The notes below the pieces were generated by a model. That model saw only the letters and a program-made list of their open reading frames with translations, did not search any database and was not told the origin of the DNA. DNA of 64,000 nucleotides from NCBI GenBank assembly GCA_000002445.1, contig CM000208.1:2464001-2528000 (forward strand). The letters are read 5' to 3'. The stretch's first letter is position 1, and each line of letters starts with the position of its first letter. Source of the stretch: Trypanosoma brucei. Taxonomy: Eukaryota. The translations under genes were made by a program, and so were the position numbers. Shown here piece by piece: positions 30,375-41,093 of this stretch.

Positions 30375-32156
30375 TTAAGCCGGAAGAAAGTGTATGGCTA
30401 CCGAGGCATCAAATCCAGAAGAGAGCATGACCGGGGCAACGGCGGCCAAAGACCATCCCTTGGCGGACATACTCTGCATAACAGAAAGTGCAAAAACCCA
30501 GCACTCCTTCGCATTACCAAAGTCCCCCGCCGTAGCCAACAACAGACTAATGGCGGGAGGCAGGTTTGCCTTAGTCCCAATTAGCGTTGGAGGGTGAAGA
30601 AGTAGTGCCATATACTTACTCATGTAGTGCGCAGATTCATCGAACTGCCGCTGCGACTTCACACAACTGTGCAGCGCATCCGCGATAAGACCTGAAACAG
30701 CACTCGGGGGATCCCTTGTGCAGCATGCAATTATTGCTAACACAGCACATGTTTGCTTCACGGAGCTCACGTGGCGGGACAAAGCGAATTCTGAGGCTAT
30801 TTGCCACACGGTCTCCCAGGAACCCGAAGAGAGCACAGCCGCAGCAATAGCAATAGGAAGGACCTGCGAAGTCCATTTCGGCGCCGCCTGAGCCACAGTG
30901 AGCGACATAAGCCAATTGCCCATTTTCCCCAAATCGTAAGCCATAGCAACCGCAAAGCGGTCGTTACAAGAAGGGGCGTGACGGTACGCTTCAACGCAAT
31001 TCCTCCATGTGGCGGCGAAGGGAACATGGCCCTCTAACAGAACAACATTCAACCACAAAGTGTACGTGTGGTTGTTTCTTGCAGACATTTTGGTGTACAT
31101 GGCAACCGCCTCCTTCCAAAGACCCCCCTTAGCTAAGGCAATAAGGACTTGATTTTGAACGGGAACGCACCGCTGCTCACTCAAAGGGGGCGAGAATGAT
31201 GACCTCTGATACAGGAAAAGGGAGCTTTCCCACTGGCATCCTTCGTTTAGAAGAGCCATTAGCCTTCCTAACGCCTGACACGAAATATTTTCAACCATAG
31301 GAATGACACCTCGTACTAATTCAACGGCCTGTCGCCACTGTTCCGTGGGGCAGTGCAAAAGATAATAATGGAGAGCACGCCTCGGCCAAGGCCTTCCAGT
31401 ATTACTGAATACGCGCACAAACTGGTTTACTTGTTCCCAGTTGAAGGGATCGCGCACGGCCTTCCATTGAAGCACATGTGCTGATAGCACGGCATTGCAC
31501 GTATCTTCATCGTATCCTACCATATTGTTTTCTTTAACGTGCGCGACAAGAGAGCAGGACCGGCGCCACCCCTGGCGTTGAACGGAAGCAACGCGCTCCA
31601 CTAGCTCCAGTAAATGCCCACGAGGTAAAACTTGTAACGCCTCCCGCCAATGACCGGAAGAGGTGAGCCCAACACTGAAATCAACCAAGGCATCATCTGT
31701 CAACGGAACTCCAACTCCCTGCACCTCCTTTAGAAGCAAGAGAGGAACCTCCACCCCAAGTTGAGATAACTGGGAAGACTGAAAAAGAAATCGATAGTGG
31801 TCCGCACGCAGGGGGATCCCCATAACCTGAGCCTCCACGACGCACTGCAGCTGTTCCAACGTCAGCATGTGTTGGCTGGCCTCCAAACCAGCCGCATCGT
31901 GTGCATGTGCCCGATCAGCGTCACCGTAGCATGCCAAAATAGTTTCGAGCGCCTGCGCCTTCTGCCCTGAAGTTCCATACCTCATTATTTCCCATCGTAA
32001 ACGCCGCAAAACGAGGACACTGCAAGGGTGTATAGTGTGCCCTAAGGGCCCCAGGAGATGGGCACGTGCTACCTGTCGAAAAATATCACTGCCAGTTCGC
32101 TGCTTGATGTGTGGTGGCGAAGCAATATAGGAACGCAGCGCGCTCATCCATGACAT
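30375..32156 (-). CDS. Hypothetical protein, 593 aa, alpha-helical-repeat-like
   Basis: A long ORF in the - strand polycistron. Leu/Ala-rich helical repeats; no confident family assignment. Confidence 0.45.
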   Translation of the reverse strand: MSWMSALRSYIASPPHIKQRTGSDIFRQVARAHLLGPLGHTIHPCSVLVLRRLRWEIMRYGTSGQKAQALETILACYGDADRAHAHDAAGLEASQHMLTLEQLQCVVEAQVMGIPLRADHYRFLFQSSQLSQLGVEVPLLLLKEVQGVGVPLTDDALVDFSVGLTSSGHWREALQVLPRGHLLELVERVASVQRQGWRRSCSLVAHVKENNMVGYDEDTCNAVLSAHVLQWKAVRDPFNWEQVNQFVRVFSNTGRPWPRRALHYYLLHCPTEQWRQAVELVRGVIPMVENISCQALGRLMALLNEGCQWESSLFLYQRSSFSPPLSEQRCVPVQNQVLIALAKGGLWKEAVAMYTKMSARNNHTYTLWLNVVLLEGHVPFAATWRNCVEAYRHAPSCNDRFAVAMAYDLGKMGNWLMSLTVAQAAPKWTSQVLPIAIAAAVLSSGSWETVWQIASEFALSRHVSSVKQTCAVLAIIACCTRDPPSAVSGLIADALHSCVKSQRQFDESAHYMSKYMALLLHPPTLIGTKANLPPAISLLLATAGDFGNAKECWVFALSVMQSMSAKGWSLAAVAPVMLSSGFDASVAIHFLPA

Positions 32157-32527
32157 GGCATACTAAGAACTAACAAAACTGTACCGTGAAATGCAAAAAA
32201 AAAAAAGAAAAAAAATCTGCCAATACGAACGGTTCTTCATACACTGGAAAAGAGGAGAGTAGGAAGGTATGAACAACGCAAAGTTTCTTCACGATTTCGC
32301 GACATCTCCGCACAACCACACTCTCGCCCTTAATTACCTCCACTGGCATCAAAATACGAACAAGGGGATGTGAATCAACGCTCCTATGCTCACAATGGAT
32401 ATTCAACGTTATACGAGCCTGCTGGACGAGGCGTTGAATCAACTACCACACCAAACATTCTCTTTCCTATGTCTTCTCCCGCGGTTCTCCTCTCCCTTCT
32501 CTGTTTTCACCGACGTGAGCGAATGGG

Positions 32528-33976
32528 CTACACACAGCGGCCAGAACGCGTGCGCCTCGTTTTAATGGCGGTTGATGTCGGAAATAGTTCCTCCTTAGTC
32601 CATCGCTCTGGGGCGTCACCATCCACTGGTGGGTCACTTGACTGACGGAGATGCGCCTCAACTTCATCAGAGGTTAACACAAGCACCTCCTTGGTCCGAT
32701 ACGAGTCACGGGTCCGTTGTGCCTCATAACGGTCATCCCCTGACTTCACCTTCACCCACCAACCGGCACCGAGGTGCCGCCCCACTACACTACCAGTTGC
32801 TGTGAAATCGTAAGGTGTCCCGTCCTCCCGTAGCCCACTAATAGCCACGACCCCATCATCCTCAAACAGAACCTCAACGACGCTTGAGCCACGAGTTCCA
32901 CCTCCGCTGCAGTATGAATTGTCGGCAGAGATAGAGAGCAGACCCGGCTGCTGTACAATGCACGGTGTGTCACCGGTTGGTTGATGCCCACCACACACGG
33001 CGTGAATACCACTACGGTTGAGAAACTCCACTCCACCAAGCCCCAAGTAGCGGGGACTTCCTGAAGAGGTAAGAGAGTTAACAACAACCGAGTAGGGAAC
33101 ACAGGGAAAGGGAAAAGCATACCGTCGCAGCGCCGCCCCCTCTCCACCCGCTGACCACTGTTCAAACTGCCTATTCTTGAATCTGTTCAACGTGTCAACC
33201 CACTCGTCGGCGGTTCCTTGTTGGATCATAACGTTGTGAGTTGGGGTAGACACACACTCCAATGAAGACTCTTCGTTAGGAAGAACTCCAACGTTCTCAT
33301 TGACAACAGCACCATGAACGAAAAGAACACCATCGAGAATTAACGCTATCCTCCCCCTTCTCAGGTACTCGTAGTACACACCTCCAGGAAGCGCACTATT
33401 CAGAAAACTCTGCGCCACTTCGTCATCCGACAAGGTCTGCCCACGCAGCCGTCGCAATTCCTCCCGCCGATGTTCAAAAGTTCGCGCGCCGCCCATCTTA
33501 TGGGTGAGAGCCCATTGAATCAGAGTTGTTTTACCTGTAACAGGACTTGCACTCGTCTGATGAAGAAACTGTTCGTAGGGTAGCGGATTGACTCGGTCAC
33601 TCATCTTCGCCATTACATCAGGAAATAAGAAAGCTTGCGCGGCTCTGGGAGGGAACGGGCCATTCCCCAACACTTTCATCATGGGAGAGCCGAACACCAT
33701 TTTGTTGATGTCACGGTTTCCCAGCATAAGGTGCACACGGGATGGGTATGCGTCGTGGAATGCCAGAAGTGCCTCCGCAAAGCTAATGTCGTCACCGCGA
33801 TCAAACGCATCCCCCCCGTATACAAAGTGTGACGTTGCATCCCGGAAGGAAAGAACCCCTTGATTCCACGACACCACCCTGCTTCTTTCTGCATAACGAG
33901 CAAAATATGAGAAATCACCCTCCACGTCTGTCACGTAAGCGATGCGGAGGCGTGTTCGACAGGATCGCAGCATCAA
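32528..33976 (-). CDS. Calcineurin-like metallophosphoesterase domain protein
   Basis: It has GDAFDRGDD (GDxxDRG metal-binding motif), GNRD (a GNH[DE]-like motif) and …VCGGHQP… (GH motif), in the order characteristic of the metallophosphoesterase fold. A polypurine tract on the + strand downstream (34140-34260) is the polypyrimidine tract on the coding strand. Confidence 0.6.
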   Translation of the reverse strand: MMLRSCRTRLRIAYVTDVEGDFSYFARYAERSRVVSWNQGVLSFRDATSHFVYGGDAFDRGDDISFAEALLAFHDAYPSRVHLMLGNRDINKMVFGSPMMKVLGNGPFPPRAAQAFLFPDVMAKMSDRVNPLPYEQFLHQTSASPVTGKTTLIQWALTHKMGGARTFEHRREELRRLRGQTLSDDEVAQSFLNSALPGGVYYEYLRRGRIALILDGVLFVHGAVVNENVGVLPNEESSLECVSTPTHNVMIQQGTADEWVDTLNRFKNRQFEQWSAGGEGAALRRYAFPFPCVPYSVVVNSLTSSGSPRYLGLGGVEFLNRSGIHAVCGGHQPTGDTPCIVQQPGLLSISADNSYCSGGGTRGSSVVEVLFEDDGVVAISGLREDGTPYDFTATGSVVGRHLGAGWWVKVKSGDDRYEAQRTRDSYRTKEVLVLTSDEVEAHLRQSSDPPVDGDAPERWTKEELFPTSTAIKTRRTRSGRCV

Positions 33977-35157
33977 CCCTTACGACTCCTTGTCGTGGAT
34001 CCCGTATCCCTCTTTGGCACCTGGACACGCGCACGCATAGAAAAGTAGGTGGAGTAACGATGATAATAATAGTAAGGATTCACGTCGAAAAGGGAGTTGC
34101 TCACAGGAAAGGAAACAAGAAGGGAGACGTGACGCTTTCACATCCCCAGAGAATGACGGAAAACAAGAGCAAGAGAAAAAAAAGGGGGTGGATGCGGAGG
34201 ACAGAAGGGGGATTTTAGAACACAACGGCCAAAGAAATGTGAATCACAAAAAAGTGGAGGTGGGGATCCGCAAGCCTAATGCCGATTACCTATCGCAACG
34301 GCGTGATGTTTATGTCGCCACCTTCTTTCTCTAACTGACCGAACATGACACAGCGTTGGTCCAACGCCCTCCGGTCATTTACCTTTCCTTTATTCGGTGT
34401 AGTGATGCCTATAGCAACAAATGGCGGCGTTTCCATGGAGTAATTGATTCTTGGGAAGGCTATGCCACAACACCGTACACAGTCACCACACAATGCATGA
34501 CCTTATTTTCCGCCTTGTACACGTAACAGGCGTCACTTGTTGGATTCCACATGCATGCCGACAGGGCATGAAACCCGGCGCCGGTTTTCTGTATAATAAT
34601 GCAGTGTGCAACATATTTCCTGGGGAGCGCTGCCTCTTGCGTGAGGCGCTGCACGATGTTCTCCGTGATCGACGCAACGATTCCAGGAATCTTTTCGTGT
34701 TGATACTTCGTCACTGGTGTGAAGTACCGCTCCACTACATCCTCACATATACCCCTTGCATCATCAGCTAGAGTCAACTTCTCTTTCATTATGCTGAAAC
34801 GTTACACGGCGCGGGAAGTGGGTACAAACACGTCCTTCCTTTTTTGATTCTTTATTGGTTCCAACTCACCTCCCCCAAAAGTTGGGAATTACACTTATTG
34901 GTTGAAATTACACGTAAAGAGGCGTGAAAAGAGTTAAAGCCGAGGAGAAGCACCAACAACAGCCGCCACAATGCAAAAACAAAGCAGTTTATGTACAACA
35001 CTGCATTTCACAAGCCAGGTACCTTCCGCTCTATTCTTCTACATTTCTAAGTACACACATGAGAGGAGTGATGACGCACGAAACACATCCCCCCTCACAC
35101 ACTGGCTCGTACAGGCAGAGGTGAAACCACACATACACAAAAAAGGAAGATGCATCC

Positions 35158-36831
35158 CTACTCAGGCTCTTCCATGGATATTCTCTGCAAACAACTCTTG
35201 ATGAAGCCCGCACGGCGAGGGTCGAGATCCATGGCGGTATGGTAGTACTGCACAGCCTTTCCCGGCATCCCCATAAAGTGAACGCATTTTGCAAGAGTCA
35301 CATATAGCATTGCCTCGTCAGGGCACGCCTTCGTCATCTCCAGCAGCGCTTCACGAGCCTCGGGGTAACGTCGAAGGCGGATTAACACCTCAGCCCGTTG
35401 ATGCCGGGCCCCGAGGTTTGTTGGATGCCGCTTAATTGCACTGTCATAAATGCGAAGTGCCTCAGAGAGATTCTCCTTTGAGGTGTCGCGCCGGTGGTAT
35501 GTAGCAGCATACCGGTTCATGATGCTCGGAAGCGGATTAATTTGTATTGCCTGTTTAAAGTAGTATTGCGCTTGTGGTATGTTTTCACTTCTAAAGTACA
35601 ACTCACCCAGACCGGCGTACGCATTATAGTGATTCGAGTCAATAAGGACCGCGTTCTGAAAGGATTCATACGCGTCATGCTTGCGGTCGAGGTGAAGCAG
35701 CTCGTACCCACGTAAAGTATGGGCATAAGCAAACTCACTATCCAACTGGACGGCACGATCAAGCATACAAAGCGCCTCCTTCGACTCTTTCAGCAGACTG
35801 TAAGCATTGGCCGCAACACATAACGTCACGGGTGAAACGGGCATTTCATTAATAAGTGTCTGCGAGAGGGAACCAAGGGCCCCCGTATCCTTTCGCTGCC
35901 AGAGGGCAGTACTGTAATGCACAAGCAAAGGGTCTGCCAACCTCCATGGCGCTATTTGTCGTAACCGCGCAAACTCCTTCACTGCGTTCTCTACATCACC
36001 GTCGTGAAAATACGCCATCGCCAGCGCTCCAACTGCCCAGCTGGTACTCTGCTCAGGAAACCCCTCCTGTTGAAGCGCTGCCTGTACGTCTTTGCACATA
36101 TACATCCTCTGCATAAAAGCGATGGCGGCAAAAGGCGACAAATACTGACGAACAAAATCACGCCTCGACTGCTTGCTAGACGTACTGGGGGTCTTGCTGC
36201 GACTACAAGTGACCCCAACGGGTGCGGGCCGGCGCGGTGTTTCCTCTGCGCCGGTCGGGGCTTTCGCGGAAGAGTACATATGGCACATCTCCTCCTTTGG
36301 TGTTCCCGTTATTTTGAGATATTCCTCGTACGCCACAAAGTTAAGAGGGTCTAGTATGGCGCTTCTGGCAAACGCATCATCCCCGTTACCATGCCGACCG
36401 CGTTGGCGGCAGACGCCTAACCAGTACTGCACATCAGAACAGGTGCGATGACGGTCAAGTTCATCCAACACTCGCTCCCCCTCCGCGTACCGCTGTGACA
36501 TTGCGCACGTCACCCCAAACAAATACTGGCAGTTCCACTTAGCCGTTGCATCGGGACCGCCACTAATACTCACATTGCTGCTAGAAACGCTGTTTGATGG
36601 ACTTAGGGATGGACAGTGAGTCTGCAGAAGCCGGTAGGCGGTACCCGCATCACCACTGGTCACATAGCAGTGAGCCAGCGTGTGTAATGATTCATACGTA
36701 GGTTCCAACGAATACAGCCGCTCGGCACAGAATATTGCATTGGGATATATATAGCTAGCGAGGCTCTCCTGTATAGCCTCCTTGAGACCTTGTACAACGA
36801 GAGACTTGCGGTGGTCTCTCTGAGCTGTCAT
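35158..36831 (-). CDS. CDC27: CDC27/APC3-like TPR subunit of the anaphase-promoting complex. Start at the internal Met (MTAQRDH…); the ORF extends to 36891.
   Basis: C-terminal TPR block …AYAHTLRGYELLHLDRKHDAYESFQNAVLIDSNHYNAYAGLGELYFRSENIPQAQYYFKQAIQINP… aligns with the CDC27 TPR region (…YAYTLLGHEF…RNAIRVNPRHYNAWYGLGMIY…FQKALDINP…). The N-terminal …AIFCAERLYSL matches CDC27 …AVFLAERLYA. Confidence 0.7.
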   Translation of the reverse strand: MTAQRDHRKSLVVQGLKEAIQESLASYIYPNAIFCAERLYSLEPTYESLHTLAHCYVTSGDAGTAYRLLQTHCPSLSPSNSVSSSNVSISGGPDATAKWNCQYLFGVTCAMSQRYAEGERVLDELDRHRTCSDVQYWLGVCRQRGRHGNGDDAFARSAILDPLNFVAYEEYLKITGTPKEEMCHMYSSAKAPTGAEETPRRPAPVGVTCSRSKTPSTSSKQSRRDFVRQYLSPFAAIAFMQRMYMCKDVQAALQQEGFPEQSTSWAVGALAMAYFHDGDVENAVKEFARLRQIAPWRLADPLLVHYSTALWQRKDTGALGSLSQTLINEMPVSPVTLCVAANAYSLLKESKEALCMLDRAVQLDSEFAYAHTLRGYELLHLDRKHDAYESFQNAVLIDSNHYNAYAGLGELYFRSENIPQAQYYFKQAIQINPLPSIMNRYAATYHRRDTSKENLSEALRIYDSAIKRHPTNLGARHQRAEVLIRLRRYPEAREALLEMTKACPDEAMLYVTLAKCVHFMGMPGKAVQYYHTAMDLDPRRAGFIKSCLQRISMEEPE

Positions 36832-37565
36832 TCTTCTGCCATAAAATGGACAATTCACAAGAAAAGATAGGGGGAAAGCGGGTAGAGGCACGCGTACACA
36901 TGCGCCTGTGTGCGTGCAATGCAGAGCAGTTTACGCGCACTGATGCTCGAGTGCGAATAAATTTCTTGCGGTGAAAAGATGAAGAAGGGTAAGAGACGAG
37001 CATGTTTCCCTAACCCACTGGAAAAGAAACACGTGCACGCCGTCTTCCAGCGAGTCCCTCCAGACAACACGACCATCATAGTCATCGTACTTCATTCTTA
37101 TAGGCTCCTTTCTATTTGCCGCTGCGCTCATTCAGCGAAGTAAATAATTTTTCACGCGCTAACATTTGAACCATGTTAGAACCTCAGGGTGTGAGGGGAA
37201 CGTAAAGCAAGTCTGTTTTTTTTTTTTTAAAGAGCACGACTGGTGCGTTTCGTACAGTCCATTTTCTACCCTTCGTTCACTCCACCTCGTCCCGAGCTCC
37301 TCCTGCTTCCACCCGCATCCCCCTACCCTCTCCTCTCTTTCCTCTTTTAGGTGACGGGGAAAAAAGTAAATAACCGCAGTGATGATGATAAAAAAATATA
37401 TTATTATCACACTGTTCAAACCTTCTCTTCCCTAATTTTCATCCAGAAACCGACGGTGACCCGCTCGAATGCAAATACAGTATCTGTGAACTGCACAGCG
37501 CGCACGTGACGCGCCCGATAGAACAGAAGAAAATAACAATTCTGTAAACAGGCTCCCTCCATCCT

Positions 37566-40500
37566 CTAACGACTTCTATTTGACTGAATACGAGTAATCT
37601 CTGAGTACCCCTGTGTATTACTCACTTGATAGAGCACGTCTGCATTACTGAACATCCCATCTTTTAGGGACACAAGCAGAAATTGAGAAGAAGGGAAGTG
37701 TTTCTGTAGCATATTACCGATCCCCTGTGTATGACTTGGGTCAAGTGCGGCATCCACCTCATCAAGGATGTACATTGGTGCTTGACGCACACGTAGGATC
37801 GCTAAAATGAGACACAAAGCAAGAAGAGAACGTTGGCCACCACTCAATTCTGAGAGTGACTCCCGCTCCTTTCCATTGAACAAGACCTTAACCTGAAGAC
37901 CAGAAAGGTGACCGTGCTCGTTCCTCTCCTCCCGAAGCACCGCTGCAGCGCCAGGTAAGCACGTAGAAAACAACTTTGAAAACACGTTGCTAACAACCTC
38001 CACCATGCGATCAAGAGCCCGCCACTTCTTGTCCTCAATGCCGAGTATGCATTGCTGGATAGCGTCTCTGTCCTCACCCAGCACCGACCGCTGTTGCACA
38101 AGCTCATCGTATTCCTTCTTGCGTTCTTCATAGAGGATCAGTGCTTTCTTGTTTAGTCGCTTGGACATGGTCGAGGCATTAACCTCGGCCTCGCGCAACT
38201 CCGCCAACGTTTCCTGCGTTCGTTCCCGGTCCTCAAAGTAAAATGGTCCGTCACGGGGGCCAAACAAGTGTTGCTTCTCCTCAATCCAGGTATTGCGCCT
38301 CTCAGCCTCGGATATGAGCTTCTGCAACTCTTCCAATGACTTTGAGATTTCACGTACGTCCACCTCCGCATTTTTCACAAATCCCTCCAGTGACGCCTTC
38401 TTCACCACCAGTTGCTGAAGCTCCTGCTGGGTCTCTTCGATTTCCTTCTCAATGTTCTGACGTTGCTCCTCCGCCCTACATCTCTTGTCCACAACCTCCT
38501 GTAGTGACTTACTCGTGCTTTCGAAGCTCTTCGAAGCCTCATCACGAGCCTTCGTCTGTTGATGTATCTGCTCGTGCACCTCCACCAGTTTCTGCTCGAT
38601 ATCCGCTGCAGTTTGCGTCATTTCCGCTTCCACTCGCTCGAACTCCGCAGACCCTGATTCTTCCTCATGCACAAGGGCTGCGCACCGCTTTTGCGCTGCA
38701 CTCAGCTGCTCTTGCAGATCCTTGCGTACCTTGTCGGAGTCTAGATTCGCATACTTCTCCAAACGAGCTCTGCGTTCCTGAAGATCGTTTAGCATCGTTG
38801 TGAGTGCCTCATACTTTTGTCGCTCCTCCTTAAGTGAAGCCTGCAGCTCTTTCGATAGTCCCTCTTCTTCGTTTTCCACAAGCTGGAGCTTATGGGTGGC
38901 TATGCTTACCGCCTCCTCCGCCTTCGCATGCTCCTGAATCAGTGACCTATGTTCCCTAAGTTGAGCGTGTAAGCCTTCAAGTTCTTTTTCACGCTTCTCC
39001 ATCGTCACCCGTAGCGCCTCTACTGGGGCCTTACGCTTTTTATAAATAAGAACATCGGCAAATACGTTGCGTATATGTTTTTTTGACCCACCCGTCATGA
39101 GCCCCTTGGGCTCTACTACCTCACCGTCAAGCGTCACAGCCTTGCAGCGCACAGCAGAGCCATATGCAAGCTCTTGCGCCAGCTCCAACGTGGAACAAAT
39201 AAAAAAATTGCCAAAAACATAATCGGCGATGACACGATGCGCCTCATCCTTGACAACAGTAAGGTCCTTTGCGACAGCAACGAAGCCATTCATGCGATTG
39301 GCCATTCGCTTAGCTTCCTCCAGTTGGGAGTCGCTTATGCTTTTCGGCTGCGTAAGTGTGTTGAGTGGGAGAAAGGCTGTACGCTGGCGCAGTCCATGGC
39401 GTATAATCCGCTCGGCGACAATGTCGCTCGTGACAACCACACGCATCAGTTGTGACTGTGCACCTACTGTTAGGGCTATTGCGTATTTTTCCTCCTGAGG
39501 TGAGACAAGCTCCACGACGCGGCCCCAAATGTACTGCTCAATACCGGCGCAAGCACGCCGGTCGTATTCCAGATCAAGGCCACGCCCACCTGAACCGCCA
39601 CCTTGAGCCGACTCGCGTAGCATCGCATCATTGGCCTTCCAGTGCTCTGCCTTCAGGCGTGCAACCTCCTCTTGGAGGGCACGTGCCTGTTCTTCCAGTG
39701 GCTTGACATTGATATACCGTTTGGTGACAGAGTCAAGACAGTCCTGCGCAGACCTCAGCTCATTTCTAAGCCTGATAACCGTCCTCTCGCGGGCCTCTGA
39801 CTTCTCGGCCACAGATTTCTGTTGGTGTTCCAATTCCCTGATACGCTCCTCTCGCCGCCGCGCTTCTGCACTACTTTTAATGACCTGTCGTTCAATATCA
39901 GCCCTCTCCTCCTCCAGGGACATGCCAGACGCGCCGGCCCGAACACCCGAACCGTTTAACTGCAGCGACCGCTTCAATTTGGCGATGTTTTCTTTCTGCT
40001 CGTGAATGTTTCGAATCAGCTTCTCCCGTTGCTCTTGATACGCCTCAAACTGCTGCGCGCGACTCTTCTGCTGCTGTTTTTCCTCTTCGAGCTTCCGGGA
40101 CGCATCAGCTAGCTTCTTCAGGACCTTATCTAACCTTTCCAACTGTGCCTCCTCACGAGCCAACTGCAACTTCAAAGTACTCTCCTCTTCATGTAGCGCC
40201 ATGGCAGCCTCGGCGGGAGCTGCAAGAGTTGACTGCAACTGCATCAAGCGCTGTGTTGTCTCATCCTCAACGGAGGGAAAACTTCGCAACTGCTCCTTAG
40301 CCGCTGCTGTGTCGGACAGTAGTGACGTCCGGCGGGTACTCAACTCCCCTCGCCGCTTCCTGTGCTCCTCGTACTCAAAAGCTATACGAAACTTCCGCAT
40401 CTCCTCAATACCCTCACTCAATTGCACATACCGCTCATACTCCTCCTGGTCCGCTTTCATTGCGCGGAGCATAGGGCCTATTTGGGTCTCTAGGTTGGCA

Positions 40501-41093
40501 TCTATTTCCTCCATCTTTTTCTCCTTACTTCGTATCAAACTCTCAGCCGTTCGGCGACGGTGATCAAATGCTTTTGTCCCCACAGCCTCTTCGATAAGAG
40601 AAAGGATGTCCTCTGACCGCATGCCAATGAGTTTGTGCACGGTTCCCTGAAGCACCATAAAATGTGGATTGTCCACATTAAGGCTTATACTCTCAAAGAA
40701 GCGCTTGACTTTGCTTTGCACAGACACCGTATTGTTCAAGAAAAATTGTTGCTTGCCGCCGAGTTTGATCTGTCGCCCAACAGTAATAGTTGGATATTCC
40801 TCACAACTGTAGCCCGGTGGTGCGGTGCGAGGGTCATCGTTGATAAATTCGATTGTCACACGCGCCGCATGAACACCCGTTGTACCGGCACGGAATATAA
40901 GCTCACGCGGGTCCTCCGCCCTGACACGCTTGAGGTTTGTGATGCCCATCACAAAGCAAATTGCGTCGAATATGTTTGACTTGCCGCTTCCATTGAGACC
41001 CGTGATGGCGTTGAAATGCGGACTCAGATCATCAATAACCTTTCGGTGGGCATACGACTTGAATCCATCTATGACAATGCTCTTCACGCGCAT
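37566..41093 (-). CDS. SMC2: Structural maintenance of chromosomes protein SMC2 (condensin). Start at the internal Met (MRVKSIVIDGFKSYA…); the ORF extends to 41276.
   Basis: N-terminal Walker A head MRVKSIVIDGFKSYAHRKVI…FNAITGLNGSGKSNIFDAICFVMGI matches SMC2. It also has long coiled coils, a hinge, and a C-terminal signature LSGGQRSLLALCLILAIL plus Walker B (YILDEVDAALD). Confidence 0.85.
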   Translation of the reverse strand: MRVKSIVIDGFKSYAHRKVIDDLSPHFNAITGLNGSGKSNIFDAICFVMGITNLKRVRAEDPRELIFRAGTTGVHAARVTIEFINDDPRTAPPGYSCEEYPTITVGRQIKLGGKQQFFLNNTVSVQSKVKRFFESISLNVDNPHFMVLQGTVHKLIGMRSEDILSLIEEAVGTKAFDHRRRTAESLIRSKEKKMEEIDANLETQIGPMLRAMKADQEEYERYVQLSEGIEEMRKFRIAFEYEEHRKRRGELSTRRTSLLSDTAAAKEQLRSFPSVEDETTQRLMQLQSTLAAPAEAAMALHEEESTLKLQLAREEAQLERLDKVLKKLADASRKLEEEKQQQKSRAQQFEAYQEQREKLIRNIHEQKENIAKLKRSLQLNGSGVRAGASGMSLEEERADIERQVIKSSAEARRREERIRELEHQQKSVAEKSEARERTVIRLRNELRSAQDCLDSVTKRYINVKPLEEQARALQEEVARLKAEHWKANDAMLRESAQGGGSGGRGLDLEYDRRACAGIEQYIWGRVVELVSPQEEKYAIALTVGAQSQLMRVVVTSDIVAERIIRHGLRQRTAFLPLNTLTQPKSISDSQLEEAKRMANRMNGFVAVAKDLTVVKDEAHRVIADYVFGNFFICSTLELAQELAYGSAVRCKAVTLDGEVVEPKGLMTGGSKKHIRNVFADVLIYKKRKAPVEALRVTMEKREKELEGLHAQLREHRSLIQEHAKAEEAVSIATHKLQLVENEEEGLSKELQASLKEERQKYEALTTMLNDLQERRARLEKYANLDSDKVRKDLQEQLSAAQKRCAALVHEEESGSAEFERVEAEMTQTAADIEQKLVEVHEQIHQQTKARDEASKSFESTSKSLQEVVDKRCRAEEQRQNIEKEIEETQQELQQLVVKKASLEGFVKNAEVDVREISKSLEELQKLISEAERRNTWIEEKQHLFGPRDGPFYFEDRERTQETLAELREAEVNASTMSKRLNKKALILYEERKKEYDELVQQRSVLGEDRDAIQQCILGIEDKKWRALDRMVEVVSNVFSKLFSTCLPGAAAVLREERNEHGHLSGLQVKVLFNGKERESLSELSGGQRSLLALCLILAILRVRQAPMYILDEVDAALDPSHTQGIGNMLQKHFPSSQFLLVSLKDGMFSNADVLYQVSNTQGYSEITRIQSNRSR